DNA of 32,000 nucleotides from Dickeya dadantii NCPPB 898 (GCF_000406145.1 NZ_CM001976.1:3203206-3235205); one strand, 5' to 3'; positions 16,145 to 28,048 are shown, numbered from the stretch's first letter. The notes: a model not told the origin generated them from the letters alone. Numbers and translations: made by a program.

Positions 16145-16476
16145 TTCACCATCCCCTTTGACCTAACCCATTTCATTATTCATTGAATTTATTAAATAAA
16201 ATGACAAACCCTCTTTATTTCGCCAACTTATCGCTGAAGGACTGTAAATAAAAAAAGATCTTGTCATTATTTCCTGACTGGAAACGTCTGGGGGAAGGTA
16301 AATAACGCGTTCATTATGGGCAATCAGATATTTTCCTAAACCCATCCAGGACACTGTATCGATATTTTTCTGTAAAAATAGATATCCGATAAGCGATTAA
16401 AAAGCAGAGGAATTAAGAACCAGATGCATGATTTGGAAACAGAATCGCGGAGGTGAAAGCGAACAAACAGTAATAG

Positions 16477-16504
16477 CAAAAAAGCCGCGATAATTCGCGG
16501 CTTT
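16477..16504 (-). terminator. Rho-independent terminator of the nuo operon
   Basis: AAAGCCGCG (16481-16489), ATAATT loop, CGCGGCTTT (16496-16504). On the minus strand the stem is followed by a T-run (plus-strand A-run 16477-16483). It starts 20 nt after the nuoN stop. Confidence 0.7.
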
Positions 16505-16523
16505 CAGTATGCCAAGAGAGGGA

Positions 16524-17981
16524 TTACATCAGTGGCTGCGCCAGTTGCACCAGCGAAATCAGCGGCTGCGGATAGAGGCCCAGCAGCAACACCAACACGG
16601 ACGAAATCAGTACCACAACACCGCCGGCGGTCAATGCCCAGTTATTCGGCGTATCACGGTTCAGGGTTTGCGGCGCGCTCAGGTACAAACTTATCAAGAC
16701 ACGCAGGTAGTAATACAGACCGATGGCGCTGCCTACCACCACTGCCGCACTCAGCCACCACAGGTGCGCATTCACGCCTACCGCCAGCACGTAGAATTTG
16801 CCGAAGAAGCCCAGCGTCATCGGAATACCCGCCAGCGACAGCATCATCACCGTCATCACTGCGGACAGGATCGGCTTATGCCAGAACAGACCGCGGTAAG
16901 AGAACAGCGAATCCGCATCCGGACCCCGATACGGGCTGGACATCAGGCTTACGACACCAAACGCGCCCAGGCTGCTGAACAGGTAACCGGCCAGATACAC
17001 GCCGATGGTTTCCAGCGCCAGTTGCTGAGTCTGCACCGCAATCAGCGCCACCAGCAGGTAACCCAGATGCGCGATGGACGAGTACCCCAGCAGACGCTTG
17101 ATGTTGCTTTGCGCCACCGCCATCAGGTTACCGAACAGGATCGACGCGAAAGCGATCACGCCCAGCGTGGTGCGCACCGATTCAGCGTCCACCAGCGGTG
17201 CGTACAGGAACAAACGCATCATAGCACCGAAGATGGCGATCTTGCTGGCGGTCGCCAGGAAGGTGGAAACCGGCGCCGGCGCCCCCTGATACACGTCCGG
17301 CGTCCACAGATGGAACGGCACCAGCGACAGCTTGAAGCCCAGCCCGACCAGCATCATACCCAGGCCGACCAGCAACAACGGCGCATGCAACTGGTGGTCA
17401 TTCAGGCTTTTGCCGAGACTGGCGAAGCTCAGGCTACCGGAATCGGCATACACCAGCGCCATGCCGAACAGCAGGAACGAGGACGCGGCGGCGGACAGCA
17501 GCATGTATTTGATGGCTGCTTCCAGCGAACGCTTCTGACGGAAGGCATAGCCCACCATACCGAACAGCGGCAGGGAAATCAGTTCGATGCCGATAAAGAA
17601 CGCCGCCAGATGGTTGGCGCTCGCCAGCAGAATGCCGCCCAGCGCGGCAATCAGCACCAGCAGATAGAACTCGTCTTTATTGTCCGGATAGCCTTCCAGC
17701 CACGGGTAGGCGAAAGTACTGGTCGCCAGGCTCGCCGCCAGCACCAGGCCGGTGTAGAACATCGAGAATCCGTCCACCCGGATCAGCGGGGTGACATCGG
17801 TCGGCCCAACCTGGCCGACCAGATACAGCGATAACAACGCGATGTTCAGGCCGATGACCGTCAGCGTAGCGTTGACAAAATGGTTGCGTCGCCACGCAAT
17901 GCACAGCATCACAACCACGACTGTCAATCCGACGATTAACAGTGGCGATATCGCGATCAGTTGTTGAGGAGTTATTGTCAT
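16524..17981 (-). CDS. nuoN: NADH:quinone oxidoreductase subunit N
   Basis: 485 aa, the same length as E. coli NuoN, with a near-identical N-terminus ([31 protein letters not shown]). Antiporter-like polytopic membrane subunit. Confidence 0.96.
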   Translation of the reverse strand: MTITPQQLIAISPLLIVGLTVVVVMLCIAWRRNHFVNATLTVIGLNIALLSLYLVGQVGPTDVTPLIRVDGFSMFYTGLVLAASLATSTFAYPWLEGYPDNKDEFYLLVLIAALGGILLASANHLAAFFIGIELISLPLFGMVGYAFRQKRSLEAAIKYMLLSAAASSFLLFGMALVYADSGSLSFASLGKSLNDHQLHAPLLLVGLGMMLVGLGFKLSLVPFHLWTPDVYQGAPAPVSTFLATASKIAIFGAMMRLFLYAPLVDAESVRTTLGVIAFASILFGNLMAVAQSNIKRLLGYSSIAHLGYLLVALIAVQTQQLALETIGVYLAGYLFSSLGAFGVVSLMSSPYRGPDADSLFSYRGLFWHKPILSAVMTVMMLSLAGIPMTLGFFGKFYVLAVGVNAHLWWLSAAVVVGSAIGLYYYLRVLISLYLSAPQTLNRDTPNNWALTAGGVVVLISSVLVLLLGLYPQPLISLVQLAQPLM

Positions 17982-17987
17982 GGCGAA

Positions 17988-19523
17988 TTACAGCCCTGTC
18001 GTTGAAATTGTTGAACCCTGAACCGATGACGTAAACCATTGCTGGATATTGGCCATCGCCGCGCTGGATGTATCCAGGATTGGCTGCGGATAAACGCCCA
18101 GCAGCACCAGCAACACCACCAGCAGCAGAATGAGCGACAGTTCGCGCGCGGTCATCCCCTGCAGCGGCGCGTCCGATTTAGCGGCGCCGTAGAAAGCGCG
18201 CTGCATCATCACCAGCGAATAAACGGAAGCGAACACCAGACCGAAGGTTGAGATCACCGTAATCACCGGCACCACCGGGTAGCTGCCGAACAGAATCATG
18301 AATTCGCCGACAAAGTTACCGGTCCCCGGCATCCCCAGCGTGGCTACCGCGAAAAACAGCGACAGCGCAGGCAAATAGCGAATACGTCCCCACAAACCGC
18401 CCATCTGACGCAAATCGCGGGTATGCAGGCGTTCATACAGCTGACCGCAAATGATGAACAGGCCGGCGGCCGACAGACCGTGGGCAATCATCTGCACCAC
18501 CGCGCCCTGATAAGCCAGTTGACTGCCGGAATAGATGGCAATCATCACAAAGCCCATGTGCGACACCGAGGTGTAAGCGATAAGGCGTTTGATGTCGGTC
18601 TGTTTGAACGCCATCCAGGCGCCGTAGAAGATACCGATAACGCCCAGCCACATGGCGATAGGCGCAAAATCGTGGGAGGCATTCGGGAACAGCGGCAGGC
18701 TGAATCGCAGCAGACCGTAGGCCGCGGTTTTCAGCAGGATCCCCGCCAGGTCCACTGAACCTGCGGTCGGCGCCTGACTGTGCGCATCCGGCAGCCAGCC
18801 ATGCAACGGCACCACCGGCATTTTCACCGCGAAAGCGATGAAGAAGCCCAGCATCAACGCATATTCCAGACCGTAGGACATCGGCGTTTTCAGCAGACGG
18901 GAGTAATCGAAGGTCCATTCGCCGGTGGCATTGTGGTGCGCGAACACCAGCGCCAGAATGGCGATCAACATCACCAGACCGCTCGCCTGGGTGTAGATGA
19001 AGAACTTGGTCGCCGCCGCGATACGGGTCTTGCCATCCGAGCCTTTGTGTCCCCACAGTGCGATCAGGAAGTACATCGGCACCAGCATCATTTCCCAGAA
19101 GAAGAAGAACAGGAACATGTCGATGGCCAGGAAGACGCCAATCACACCGCCGAGAATCCACAGCAGGTTGAGATGGAAGAAGCCCTGATAGCGTTGAATC
19201 TCACGCCAGGAACAGAGGATCGCCAGCACGCCCAGCAGGCCGGTCAGCACCACCATCAGCAATGACAGTCCGTCCAGCGCCAGGTGAATCGAGATACCGA
19301 AACGCGGAACCCAGTTCAGCACGAACTCCGACTGCCATTGCGGCAGGCCCGTCGGTGTCGCCAGCGAAAAGCTGCCCTGCAGCCACAACTGCAGTGACAG
19401 CGCCAGTGTCAGCCCCATGGAGATCAGCGCGATCCAGCGCGGCACGCGAGTGCCAAAACGCTCGAGCTGCCAGCACAGCAGGCCGCCGATAAAGGGGATA
19501 AGAATCAGCCAAGGTAGTAGCAT
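17988..19523 (-). CDS. nuoM: NADH:quinone oxidoreductase subunit M
   Basis: ORF 17988..19586 starts at a GTG. Start set at ATG 19523 (MLLPWLILIPFIGG, matching the E. coli NuoM N-terminus). 511 aa vs 509 aa in E. coli. Confidence 0.96.
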   Translation of the reverse strand: MLLPWLILIPFIGGLLCWQLERFGTRVPRWIALISMGLTLALSLQLWLQGSFSLATPTGLPQWQSEFVLNWVPRFGISIHLALDGLSLLMVVLTGLLGVLAILCSWREIQRYQGFFHLNLLWILGGVIGVFLAIDMFLFFFFWEMMLVPMYFLIALWGHKGSDGKTRIAAATKFFIYTQASGLVMLIAILALVFAHHNATGEWTFDYSRLLKTPMSYGLEYALMLGFFIAFAVKMPVVPLHGWLPDAHSQAPTAGSVDLAGILLKTAAYGLLRFSLPLFPNASHDFAPIAMWLGVIGIFYGAWMAFKQTDIKRLIAYTSVSHMGFVMIAIYSGSQLAYQGAVVQMIAHGLSAAGLFIICGQLYERLHTRDLRQMGGLWGRIRYLPALSLFFAVATLGMPGTGNFVGEFMILFGSYPVVPVITVISTFGLVFASVYSLVMMQRAFYGAAKSDAPLQGMTARELSLILLLVVLLVLLGVYPQPILDTSSAAMANIQQWFTSSVQGSTISTTGL

Positions 19524-19619
19524 GGCGTTTTGTGTCCCTAAATTAAAGAAAACGAAAAACTTGCTGCCTGCGGGGCCACTCATCACCCGGCGCCCCGCCC
19601 CTCTGCATTACCGCATCGC

Positions 19620-21470
19620 TTAGACCAGCAACAGCAGCGCCAGCAACACCACGGCGCCGACCCCCATTGAGGCGACATACCAGCGCACCTGCCCGTTTTC
19701 GCTGACGATCAGCGTACGGTTGCCCCAGCGGGTCAGGATGGCCGGAATGTTCATCAGCGCATTGAGCGGGTCACGCTGCAGCAACGTCGCAATAGCCAGA
19801 TACGGTTTGACGAAGACCTTGTCATACAGCCAGTCGAATCCCCACGCATGGAACCACCATGTCGAGAAGAAACGACCCGGCGCGCTGTTGGCGATGCTCG
19901 TCACCAACTGACGTTTGCCCAGCCACAATGCGGCCGCCAGCAGAATACCGGCAATCGCCACCACGCCGGAGGCGATTTCCAGCGTCATGACCTGACCGTG
20001 CTCAAGCTCGGTCGTGGCCGGCAGTACGCCGTGCAGCGGCAGCGCAATCTGAGCGCCGACAAAGGTGGACAGCACCAGCAGCACCAGCAACGGCAGGTGA
20101 TGGGAAATCCCCTTGCCTGCGTGGGCTTTGGTTTTTGCTTCACCATGGAACACGATAAAAATCATCCGGAAGGTGTACAGCGATGTCATGAACGCCCCCA
20201 CCAGACCGGCAATCACCAGATTAATGTGACCGTTGGCCCAGGCACCGGCCAGAATTTCATCCTTACTGAAGAAGCCGGCGGTGACCATCGGCAACGCCGA
20301 CAGCGCGGCGCCGCCCACCAGGAAGCAGGCATACACCAGCGGAATGGTTTTACGCAGACCGCCCATCTTGAAGATGTTCTGCTCATGATGGCAGGCCAGA
20401 ATCACCGAACCGGACGACAGGAACAGCAACGCCTTGAAGAACGCATGGGTCATCAGATGGAAGATAGCGGCATCCCATGCCTGCACGCCAAGCGCCAGGA
20501 ACATGTAACCAATCTGGCTCATTGTCGAATAGGCCAGCACGCGTTTGATATCGGTTTGCACCAGCGCGGCGAAACCAGCCAGCAACAGCGTGACGGCACC
20601 CACATTAGCAACCAGATTCAGCACATCCGGCGCCAGCAGGAACAGGCCGTGGGTACGGGCAATCAGATACACGCCCGCGGTCACCATGGTCGCGGCGTGG
20701 ATCAATGCGGAAACCGGCGTCGGACCAGCCATCGCATCCGCCAGCCAAGTCTGCAACGGCAGCTGTGCCGATTTACCGACCGCGCCACCCAGCAACATCA
20801 GCGTCGCCCAGGTGATCGCCGGGGAGCCTTCAGCCAGATGCTGCGGCGCCAGTACCATCAGATCGCGGAAGTTCAGCGTACCCAGCTCGCGGTACAGGAT
20901 AAACAGCGCGAACGCCAGCAGCACGTCGCCCACGCGGGTCACGATGAACGCTTTCATCGCCGCGGCGCCGTTATTCGGGTTGGTGTAGTAGAAACCGATC
21001 AGCAGATAACTGCACAGCCCCACCCCTTCCCAACCGAGGTACATCAGCAGCAGGTTATCCGCCAGCACCAGTACCACCATGCTGGCGATAAACAGGTTGG
21101 TGTAGGCGAAGAAGCGGGAGTACCCCTCTTCACCACGCATGTACCAGGAAGCGAACAGATGGATGAAGAAACCCACGCCGGTCACTACCGACAACATAGT
21201 CAGCGACAGGCCGTCCAGCGCCAGCGTAACGCCGATGTCGAACTTGCCGACCGTCATCCAGCTCCATAGGTGCTGACTGAAGAAGGTCACCCCGCCAGGC
21301 TGTTGCTGGCTGAGAAAATCCACCACGACTCCGCCAGTCACCAGCGCAGCCAACCCAATAGACCCCACACCGACGGTGGCGGAAACATTTTCCGACCAGC
21401 GCCCGCGAGAGAAGGCCAGCAACAGGAATCCGATCAGCGGAAACAGAATTGTTAAATAGAGTAAGTTCAT
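19620..21470 (-). CDS. nuoL: NADH:quinone oxidoreductase subunit L
   Basis: 616 aa vs 613 aa in E. coli. Long identical blocks such as [56 protein letters not shown]. Confidence 0.96.
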
Positions 21471-21769
21471 CCGCGCATCTCACTGACAGTATCAATATTC
21501 AGGGTCTGACGGCGGCGATACAGCTGGAGCAGCAGCGCCAGGCCAATACTGGCTTCGGCCGCGGCCAGCGTAATAGCCAGGATATACATCACCTGACCAT
21601 CCGGTTGCCCCCAATAGCTGCCGGCGACCACGAAAGCCAACGCCGCGGCGTTAATCATGATTTCCAGACAGATCAGCATGAACAGCAGATTGCGACGAAT
21701 CACCAACCCGGTCAGCCCCAGCACGAAGAGGATGGCCGCCAGCAGCAAGCCATGTTGTAGCGGAATCAT
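21467..21769 (-). CDS. nuoK: NADH:quinone oxidoreductase subunit K
   Basis: 100 aa; [31 protein letters not shown] is near-identical to E. coli NuoK. 4-nt overlaps with nuoL and nuoJ. Confidence 0.96.
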
Positions 21770-22317
21770 GCGCGTTCCTCCGTTGTTTTCTTGTCGGCAT
21801 CCTGATCTTTGGCAATCAGCTCTCCGCGCTTGTCTTCACGACCGATGTGGAAAGCCACGACTAAGCCGGCCAGCAGCAGCATCGACGCCAGCTCCACCGC
21901 CAGCACATACGGCCCGAACAGGCTGATGCCGACCGCTTTGGCATCAACGATATTGCCGGCGATGTTCTGGCCGGTGACGCTGAGGATCCCTTTGACGATG
22001 ATCGCCAACAGAATCAGGGACAGCACGCCCGGCCCCACCCATACGCTGGGTTTCAGCCACAGTTTTTCCTGCTCATCGACCGAATTGCCGAGGTTCAGCA
22101 TCATCACCACGAAGACGAACAACACCATGATGGCGCCGGCGTAAACAATGATCTCCAGCGCCCCGGCGAAATACGCGCCCAGCGAGAAGAACACACCGGC
22201 AACCGCCAGTAACGAAACAATCAAATAAAGTAATGCATGTACTGGATTGGTGTGGGTAATGACACGTAACGTCGCCAGTACCGCAATAATCGCAGTCGCA
22301 TAAAAAGCGAATTCCAT
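21766..22317 (-). CDS. nuoJ: NADH:quinone oxidoreductase subunit J
   Basis: ORF 21766..22398. Start set at Met28 (MEFAFY..., matching the E. coli NuoJ N-terminus), giving 183 aa vs 184 aa. The 27 upstream codons overlap nuoI. Confidence 0.95.
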
Positions 22318-22327
22318 GCTTGGCTCC

Positions 22328-22870
22328 TTAGGGCAGCAGGCCTTTAACGTCAATGGGTTTGGCTTCGTTTTCGGCTTCGCCCTTCTCTTTCCCATCAACA
22401 GCCATACCGGCCATCCGGTAGAAGTTGTATTCCGGATATTTACCCGGCCCCGAGATCAGCAGATCGTCTTTTTCGTACACCAGATCCTGACGCTTGAACT
22501 CACCCATTTCGAAATCGGGGGTCAGCTGAATCGCCGTCGTCGGGCAGGCCTCCTCACACATACCGCAGAAAATGCAGCGGGAGAAGTTGATGCGGAAAAA
22601 CTCCGGATACCAGCGGCCATCCTTCATTTCCGCCTTCTGCAGGGAGATACACCCTACCGGGCAGGCCACGGCGCACAGGTTACAGGCTACGCAACGCTCC
22701 TGTCCGTCCGGATCGCGAGTCAGCACGATGCGGCCGCGAAAACGCGGCGGCGGATTCACCGGCTCTTCCGGATACATTTTGGTTTCACGCTTTTTAAACG
22801 CGTTGGAACCCACCATGCAGATACTGCGTACCTGGGTGCCGAAACCAATCAAAAGTTCTTTCAGTGTCAT
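22328..22870 (-). CDS. nuoI: NADH:quinone oxidoreductase subunit I (2x[4Fe-4S])
   Basis: 180 aa, as in E. coli. Two ferredoxin motifs, [12 protein letters not shown] and [12 protein letters not shown]. Confidence 0.97.
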   Translation of the reverse strand: MTLKELLIGFGTQVRSICMVGSNAFKKRETKMYPEEPVNPPPRFRGRIVLTRDPDGQERCVACNLCAVACPVGCISLQKAEMKDGRWYPEFFRINFSRCIFCGMCEEACPTTAIQLTPDFEMGEFKRQDLVYEKDDLLISGPGKYPEYNFYRMAGMAVDGKEKGEAENEAKPIDVKGLLP

Positions 22871-22886
22871 GGTTTATTCACCCCTA

Positions 22887-23861
22887 TCAAGCGTTGTACA
22901 GAATGACCGCGGCGGTCGCCAGCAGGTTCAGCAGCGTCAGCGGCAGACACACCCGCCAGCCAAACGCCATCACCTGGTCATAACGCGGACGGGGCAGCGA
23001 AGCACGAATCAAGATGAACATCATCATGAAAAACGCCGTCTTCAGCGCAAACCAGACGAACGGCGGCAGGAAAGGTCCGTGCCAGCCACCGAAGAACAGC
23101 GTCACGATCAACGCGGAAACCGTCACGATACCGATGTATTCGCCAACGAAGAACAGACCGAACTTCATCCCGGCGTATTCGATATGGTAACCATCCGCCA
23201 GTTCCTGCTCGGCTTCCGGCTGGTCGAACGGATGACGGTGACACACCGCCACGCCGGCGATCGCAAAGGTAATAAAGCCGAAGAACTGCGGGACGACGTT
23301 CCACACCGTAGACTGCGCATTGACGATATCGGCCATGTTGAACGAGCCGGCCTGCGCCACCACCCCCATCAGGGACAAACCGAGGAACACCTCATAACTC
23401 AACGTTTGCGCAGAAGCACGCACCGCACCCAGCAGCGAGTATTTGTTGTTACTGGACCAGCCGGCGAACAGCACGGCATAAACCGCCAGGCCCGCCATCA
23501 TCAGGAAGAACAGCACCCCGATGTTCAGATTGGCCACCTGCCAGGTCGGGCTGACCGGTACGATGGCGAACGACAGCAACAGTGAAGTAAAGGCAATCAC
23601 CGGCGCCAGGGTGAAAATCACCTTGTCGGCGAACGGCGGCGTCCAGTCTTCTTTGAAGAACATCTTGAGCATGTCCGCCACCAGCTGCAGCGAACCGCCC
23701 CAGCCCACGCGGTTAGGCCCGTAACGCCCCTGGAACAGCGCCAGCAGACGGCGCTCCCCCATACTCATGAGCGCGCCGCAGCTCACCACGACCAGCAGAA
23801 TCACGATCGCTTTGCCGACGGTGGCCAGGATGTCCAGTACTTCCGGAGTCAACCAATTCAT
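22887..23861 (-). CDS. nuoH: NADH:quinone oxidoreductase subunit H
   Basis: 324 aa vs 325 aa in E. coli. [35 protein letters not shown] is conserved. The start overlaps the nuoG stop (ATGA). Confidence 0.97.
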   Translation of the reverse strand: MNWLTPEVLDILATVGKAIVILLVVVSCGALMSMGERRLLALFQGRYGPNRVGWGGSLQLVADMLKMFFKEDWTPPFADKVIFTLAPVIAFTSLLLSFAIVPVSPTWQVANLNIGVLFFLMMAGLAVYAVLFAGWSSNNKYSLLGAVRASAQTLSYEVFLGLSLMGVVAQAGSFNMADIVNAQSTVWNVVPQFFGFITFAIAGVAVCHRHPFDQPEAEQELADGYHIEYAGMKFGLFFVGEYIGIVTVSALIVTLFFGGWHGPFLPPFVWFALKTAFFMMMFILIRASLPRPRYDQVMAFGWRVCLPLTLLNLLATAAVILYNA

Positions 23862-26584
23862 TGCGCAGCCTCCCGCAGCATTTCAACGGTCGCGCCCGCC
23901 AGTACCGGAGCAATCCCCGGAAAGCCCAGCGGCAAACCAACCTGGCCCTGACGCAGCTCAGTGCTCAGACGCACCGGCAGACGCAGCGTCTGACCACCAC
24001 AGGTGATGTCCAGCAACGCGCCGGCATTGACGCCCAGCAAGGCGGCATCGGCCTGATTCACTACCGCGCAGGCCTGCGGCATACGCTGCTGGATAACGCC
24101 GGAACGCTGTGACAACTCGTCGCTGCCGAACAGATTGTAGTAAGGCGCAACCTGCCACTGCCCCTGTTGCGGAGCGAACGGCGCCGGAATCTGGCTGAAA
24201 TACGCCAGCGAAGCGTCGCCGGCTTCGATCAGACGCACGCCCGGATCGCCGTGGCGCAAATGCCCGCCCACTTCATCCTGGAATTTGTTCCACGCCTGCG
24301 GCGAGTTCCAGCCCGGCGCCCAGGCAAACGGTACCTGTTGACGCTCGGCCAGCGGACTGTTGTTCCCTTCCATAGAGAAGGTAAACATGGTGTCACGGTC
24401 CTGCGGCTGACGCGGCTCGTGCACGCTGATGTTGGCGCGCATGGCGGTACGACCGCTGTAACGATGCGGTTCGCGCGCCAGTTTCTGCCCGTTGATGCGG
24501 AACGAGGCATCCGGCGCCGCGTCTTTGATCGCGGCCAACTGCGGCAACGCGTTAACGCAGGCGTCAATCACGTGGTCCAGTTGCGTCCAGTCCACCTGAC
24601 GGCTGTTGTAGGTGATATACAGGGAATGCAGCCAGCGCCAGCTTTCCAGCATCACCACTTTGCCGTCGTAGTAAGTCGGGTCATAAACCTGGAAGAAACG
24701 CTGAGCGCGGCCTTCCTGGTTGACGAGCGTGCCGTCGCTTTCCGCAAAGCTGGCGGAGGACAGCACCAGGCTGGCCTTGTCCATGATCGCGGTGCGTTGA
24801 TGGTCCAGCACAATCAGGTTGGCGGCTTTCGCCAGCGCGGCATCCACACGGGCGGCCGGCGCATGACGATACAGGTCGTTTTCCAACACCACCACGCTGT
24901 CGGCTTCGCCGGTTTCCAACTGCGACAGCGCTTCATCCAGCGAACCGCCGCCCATCATGGTTACACCGATACTGTTGGCGGAAGCGGCCACAAAGGTGAT
25001 GCCGACATCCGAACCACGGCCTTTCAGCGCTTTGGCGACGTTGGCGGCGGCGGCGATCACATCATCGCTGCCCGCGTTGGTGCCGGAGATGATCAGCGGC
25101 TTGCGAGCCCCCGCCAGCGCCTGAACAATTACGTCCACTTTCTGGCTGAGGTCGGCCGGCAGATCGCTGACCGCCGGCGCGGCATTGTCGAGTGCGTGGG
25201 CAATCGCAAAACCGAGTCGTGCCTGCTCAGCCACCGGCGCGCGGTAACTCCAGGCGGCGATATCGTCCAGACGGGTGCTGTCGACGTTGGTGACGAACAG
25301 CGGATGTTTGGCGTGCTGACCGATGTTCAGGATCGCCGCAATCTGCCAGTCGGCCACTTTCTGGGCGGCCGCCATTTCACGGGCTTTGCCTTTCACCGCC
25401 TGACGTACCGCCAGCGCAATGCGCGCGCCGGTCTGGGTCAAATCTTCTCCCAGCACCAGCACGGCGTCGTAGCCTTCGATTTCACGCAGAGACGGCGTAT
25501 GCACACCGCTCTCTTTCAGAACTTTCAACATCAGTTGCAGGCGATGTTGTTCCGCCTGTGAGACGCCGGTATAGAAGTTGCCGGCGCCGACCAGTTCGCG
25601 CAACGCGAAGTTGCTTTCCACGCTGGCGCGCGGTGAACCGATACCGATCACTTTCTTCGCCTGACGCAGCACATCGGCCGCGCCCTGCAACGCTTGCTCG
25701 GCATTCAGCGCAATCCAGTCATCGCCACGACGTTGCAGCGGCTGACGCGGCCGGTCTTTCAGGTTGACGTAGCCATAACCAAAACGGCCGCGGTCGCACA
25801 GGAAATAGTGGTTCACGCTGCCGTTATAGCGGTTTTCGATACGACGCAGTTCGCCATAACGCTCGCCCGGGCTGGTGTTGCAACCCACGCTGCACTGCTG
25901 GCAAATGCTGGGCGCGAACTGCATGTCCCATTTACGGTTATAACGCTCGGAATGGGTTTTGTCGGTGAAAACCCCGGTCGGGCAGACTTCCACCAGGTTG
26001 CCGGAGAATTCGCTTTCCAACACGCCGTCTTCCGGGCGACCGAAATAGACGTTGTCATGCGCGCCGTAAACACCCAGGTCTTTACCGTCGGCGTAATCCT
26101 TGTAATAACGCACGCAGCGGTAACAAGCGATACAGCGGTTCATTTCGTGGGAGATGAACGGGCCGAGATCCTGATTGTGGTGCGTACGTTTGGTGAAACG
26201 GTAACGACGGAAACTGTGGCCCGTCATTACCGTCATATCCTGCAGATGACAGTTACCCCCTTCCTCACAAACCGGACAGTCGTGCGGATGGTTGGTCATC
26301 AGAAATTCCACAATGGTCTTGCGGAACTGCTTTGCCTCGTCATCGTCAATGGCGATATAAGTGCCATCCGACGCCGGCGTCATACAGGACATTACCAGAC
26401 GACCACGGGTATCTTCCGCGTTCTGGTACTGCTTGACCGCACACAGGCGGCAAGCACCGACGCTCCCCAGCGCCGGGTGCCAGCAAAAGTAGGGAATATC
26501 AAGTCCCAGAGACAGACAAGCCTGCAGCAGGTTATCCGCTCCGTCCACTTCATATTCTTTGCCGTCTACATGAATCGTTGCCAT
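23858..26584 (-). CDS. nuoG: NADH:quinone oxidoreductase subunit G
   Basis: ORF 23858..26593. Start set at Met4 ([13 protein letters not shown], matching the E. coli N-terminus; 908 aa in both). The SD GGAAG lies 10 nt from this ATG but only 1 nt from the ATG at 26593. Fe-S motifs [34 protein letters not shown] and [11 protein letters not shown]-like. Confidence 0.97.
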   Translation of the reverse strand: MATIHVDGKEYEVDGADNLLQACLSLGLDIPYFCWHPALGSVGACRLCAVKQYQNAEDTRGRLVMSCMTPASDGTYIAIDDDEAKQFRKTIVEFLMTNHPHDCPVCEEGGNCHLQDMTVMTGHSFRRYRFTKRTHHNQDLGPFISHEMNRCIACYRCVRYYKDYADGKDLGVYGAHDNVYFGRPEDGVLESEFSGNLVEVCPTGVFTDKTHSERYNRKWDMQFAPSICQQCSVGCNTSPGERYGELRRIENRYNGSVNHYFLCDRGRFGYGYVNLKDRPRQPLQRRGDDWIALNAEQALQGAADVLRQAKKVIGIGSPRASVESNFALRELVGAGNFYTGVSQAEQHRLQLMLKVLKESGVHTPSLREIEGYDAVLVLGEDLTQTGARIALAVRQAVKGKAREMAAAQKVADWQIAAILNIGQHAKHPLFVTNVDSTRLDDIAAWSYRAPVAEQARLGFAIAHALDNAAPAVSDLPADLSQKVDVIVQALAGARKPLIISGTNAGSDDVIAAAANVAKALKGRGSDVGITFVAASANSIGVTMMGGGSLDEALSQLETGEADSVVVLENDLYRHAPAARVDAALAKAANLIVLDHQRTAIMDKASLVLSSASFAESDGTLVNQEGRAQRFFQVYDPTYYDGKVVMLESWRWLHSLYITYNSRQVDWTQLDHVIDACVNALPQLAAIKDAAPDASFRINGQKLAREPHRYSGRTAMRANISVHEPRQPQDRDTMFTFSMEGNNSPLAERQQVPFAWAPGWNSPQAWNKFQDEVGGHLRHGDPGVRLIEAGDASLAYFSQIPAPFAPQQGQWQVAPYYNLFGSDELSQRSGVIQQRMPQACAVVNQADAALLGVNAGALLDITCGGQTLRLPVRLSTELRQGQVGLPLGFPGIAPVLAGATVEMLREAAQ

Positions 26585-26605
26585 AGTCAGCATGCTTCCA
26601 TAACA

Positions 26606-26692
26606 GCCCGCCTCAGGCGGGCACTAATCAAAAATTCTGTCTGCGGGATGAATCGGCGTTTAATCCCGGCGTGCTGCTCAACACGCCGGATT
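26606..26692 (-). other. Two stem-loops in the 105-nt nuoF-nuoG spacer (one REP-like)
   Basis: Hairpin A: GCCCGCC (26606-26612), tca, GGCGGGC (26616-26622). Hairpin B: AATCcCGGCGTG (26662-26673), 8-nt loop, CACGCCGGATT (26682-26692), with a 1-nt bulge. Confidence 0.6.
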
Positions 26693-26698
26693 GCGCGA

Positions 26699-28048
26699 TT
26701 ACCAGCGCTGTTTCAGCAGGTTGGGCTGAATGCCGCCAATCGGTTTGGCGTTACTGACAACCTGTCTGGCGATGCCTGCCTCGAATTCGTCCCGGAAATA
26801 TTTAATGGCGCTCTGCAGCGGTTCGACCGCCCCCGGCGCGTGGGCGCAGAAGGTGTTGCCCGGCCCCAGGAAACGGCACAATTGCTCCAGCGTTTCAATG
26901 TCGCCCGGCTGCCCTTCCCCACGCTCCAGCGCACGCAGAATCTTCACGCTCCACGGCAGGCCGTCGCGGCATGGTGTACACCAGCCGCAAGACTCGCGGG
27001 CGAAGAACTCTTCCAGATTGCGCGTCAGCGATACCATGTTGATTTCATTGTCGACCGCCATCGCCAGCGCCGTACCCAGACGGCTACCGGCTTTGCCGAT
27101 GTTTTCGAAATCCATCGGCAGATCCAGATGCGCATCGGTCAGGAAGTCGGTACCGGCACCGCCGGGCTGCCAGGCTTTCAGCGTCAAGCCATCGCGCATG
27201 CCGCCAGCGTAATCTTCCAGAATTTCACGGGCGGTGGTGCCAAACGGCAGCTCCCACAGGCCCGGATTTTTCACCCGACCAGAGAAGCCCATCAGCTTAG
27301 TGCCGGCGTCTTTGCTCTTGCCGGCCGACAATCCCTGATACCATTCCACACCATGCTCGATGATGGCCGGCACGTTGCACAGCGTTTCCACGTTGTTTAC
27401 GCAGGTGGGTTTACCCCACGCGCCGGCGGAAGCCGGGAACGGCGGTTTGGAGCGCGGATTGGCGCGACGGCCTTCCAGCGAGTTAATCAGCGCCGTTTCT
27501 TCGCCGCAGATGTAGCGACCGGCGCCGGTGTGCACAAACAGCTCGAAATTAAAGCCGGTGCCCATAATGTTTTTGCCAAGCAGCCCCGCCTCTGTCGCTT
27601 CAGCGATAGCACGGCGCAAATTAGCCGCCGCCTCAACGTATTCACCGCGCAGGAAGATATAACCGCGATAGGCTTTCAGCGCATAAGCGCCTATCAGCAT
27701 GCCCTCCACCAGCAAATGCGGCATCTGCTCCATCAGCAGGCGGTCTTTGTAAGTGCCCGGCTCCATCTCATCCGCGTTACACAGCAGATAGCGGATATTC
27801 ATGCTTTCGTCTTTCGGCATCAGGCTCCACTTGAGACCCGTGGAGAAACCCGCACCGCCGCGACCACGCAGGCCAGCATCCTTGACCAGAGTCACCACCT
27901 CATCCTGCGCCATGCCGGTCAGCGCCTTTTGGGCACCGGCATAACCGTTCTTGCTGCGGTATTCGTCCAGCCATACCGGCTGTTTGTCCGCGCGCAGACG
28001 CCAGGTCAGGGGATGCTGTTCAGCCGTCAGAACAATGTTTTTACTCAT
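26699..28048 (-). CDS. nuoF: NADH:quinone oxidoreductase subunit F (NADH/FMN-binding)
   Basis: 449 aa vs 445 aa in E. coli. [16 protein letters not shown], the FMN/NADH block [14 protein letters not shown], and the N3 cluster [12 protein letters not shown]. Confidence 0.97.
   Translation of the reverse strand: MSKNIVLTAEQHPLTWRLRADKQPVWLDEYRSKNGYAGAQKALTGMAQDEVVTLVKDAGLRGRGGAGFSTGLKWSLMPKDESMNIRYLLCNADEMEPGTYKDRLLMEQMPHLLVEGMLIGAYALKAYRGYIFLRGEYVEAAANLRRAIAEATEAGLLGKNIMGTGFNFELFVHTGAGRYICGEETALINSLEGRRANPRSKPPFPASAGAWGKPTCVNNVETLCNVPAIIEHGVEWYQGLSAGKSKDAGTKLMGFSGRVKNPGLWELPFGTTAREILEDYAGGMRDGLTLKAWQPGGAGTDFLTDAHLDLPMDFENIGKAGSRLGTALAMAVDNEINMVSLTRNLEEFFARESCGWCTPCRDGLPWSVKILRALERGEGQPGDIETLEQLCRFLGPGNTFCAHAPGAVEPLQSAIKYFRDEFEAGIARQVVSNAKPIGGIQPNLLKQRW

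Noticed and set aside
16271-16299. CueR-like copper-responsive operator upstream of the oxidase. On the minus strand: ACCTTCCCCC, plus TTTCC-agtca-GGAAA.
   Set aside because: Only the left half (ACCTTCC) resembles the CueR dyad. The matching GGAAGGT is not present at the required spacing, and no 19-bp-spacer promoter frames it.
16163-16354. 63-aa minus-strand ORF just upstream of the multicopper oxidase (MSWMGLGKYLIAHNERV...).
   Set aside because: It starts at GTG without a recognisable SD, lies in very AT-rich DNA where random ORFs are short-lived, and has no motif or signal. It more likely overlaps the oxidase promoter/leader region. I cannot fully exclude a real small gene.
13548-16523. 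Mobile-element signatures around the low-GC islet: integrase, transposase, tRNA target, flanking direct or inverted repeats.
   Set aside because: None was found by eye. The islet borders are ordinary terminator hairpins, so I report only the compositional anomaly and not a mobile element.
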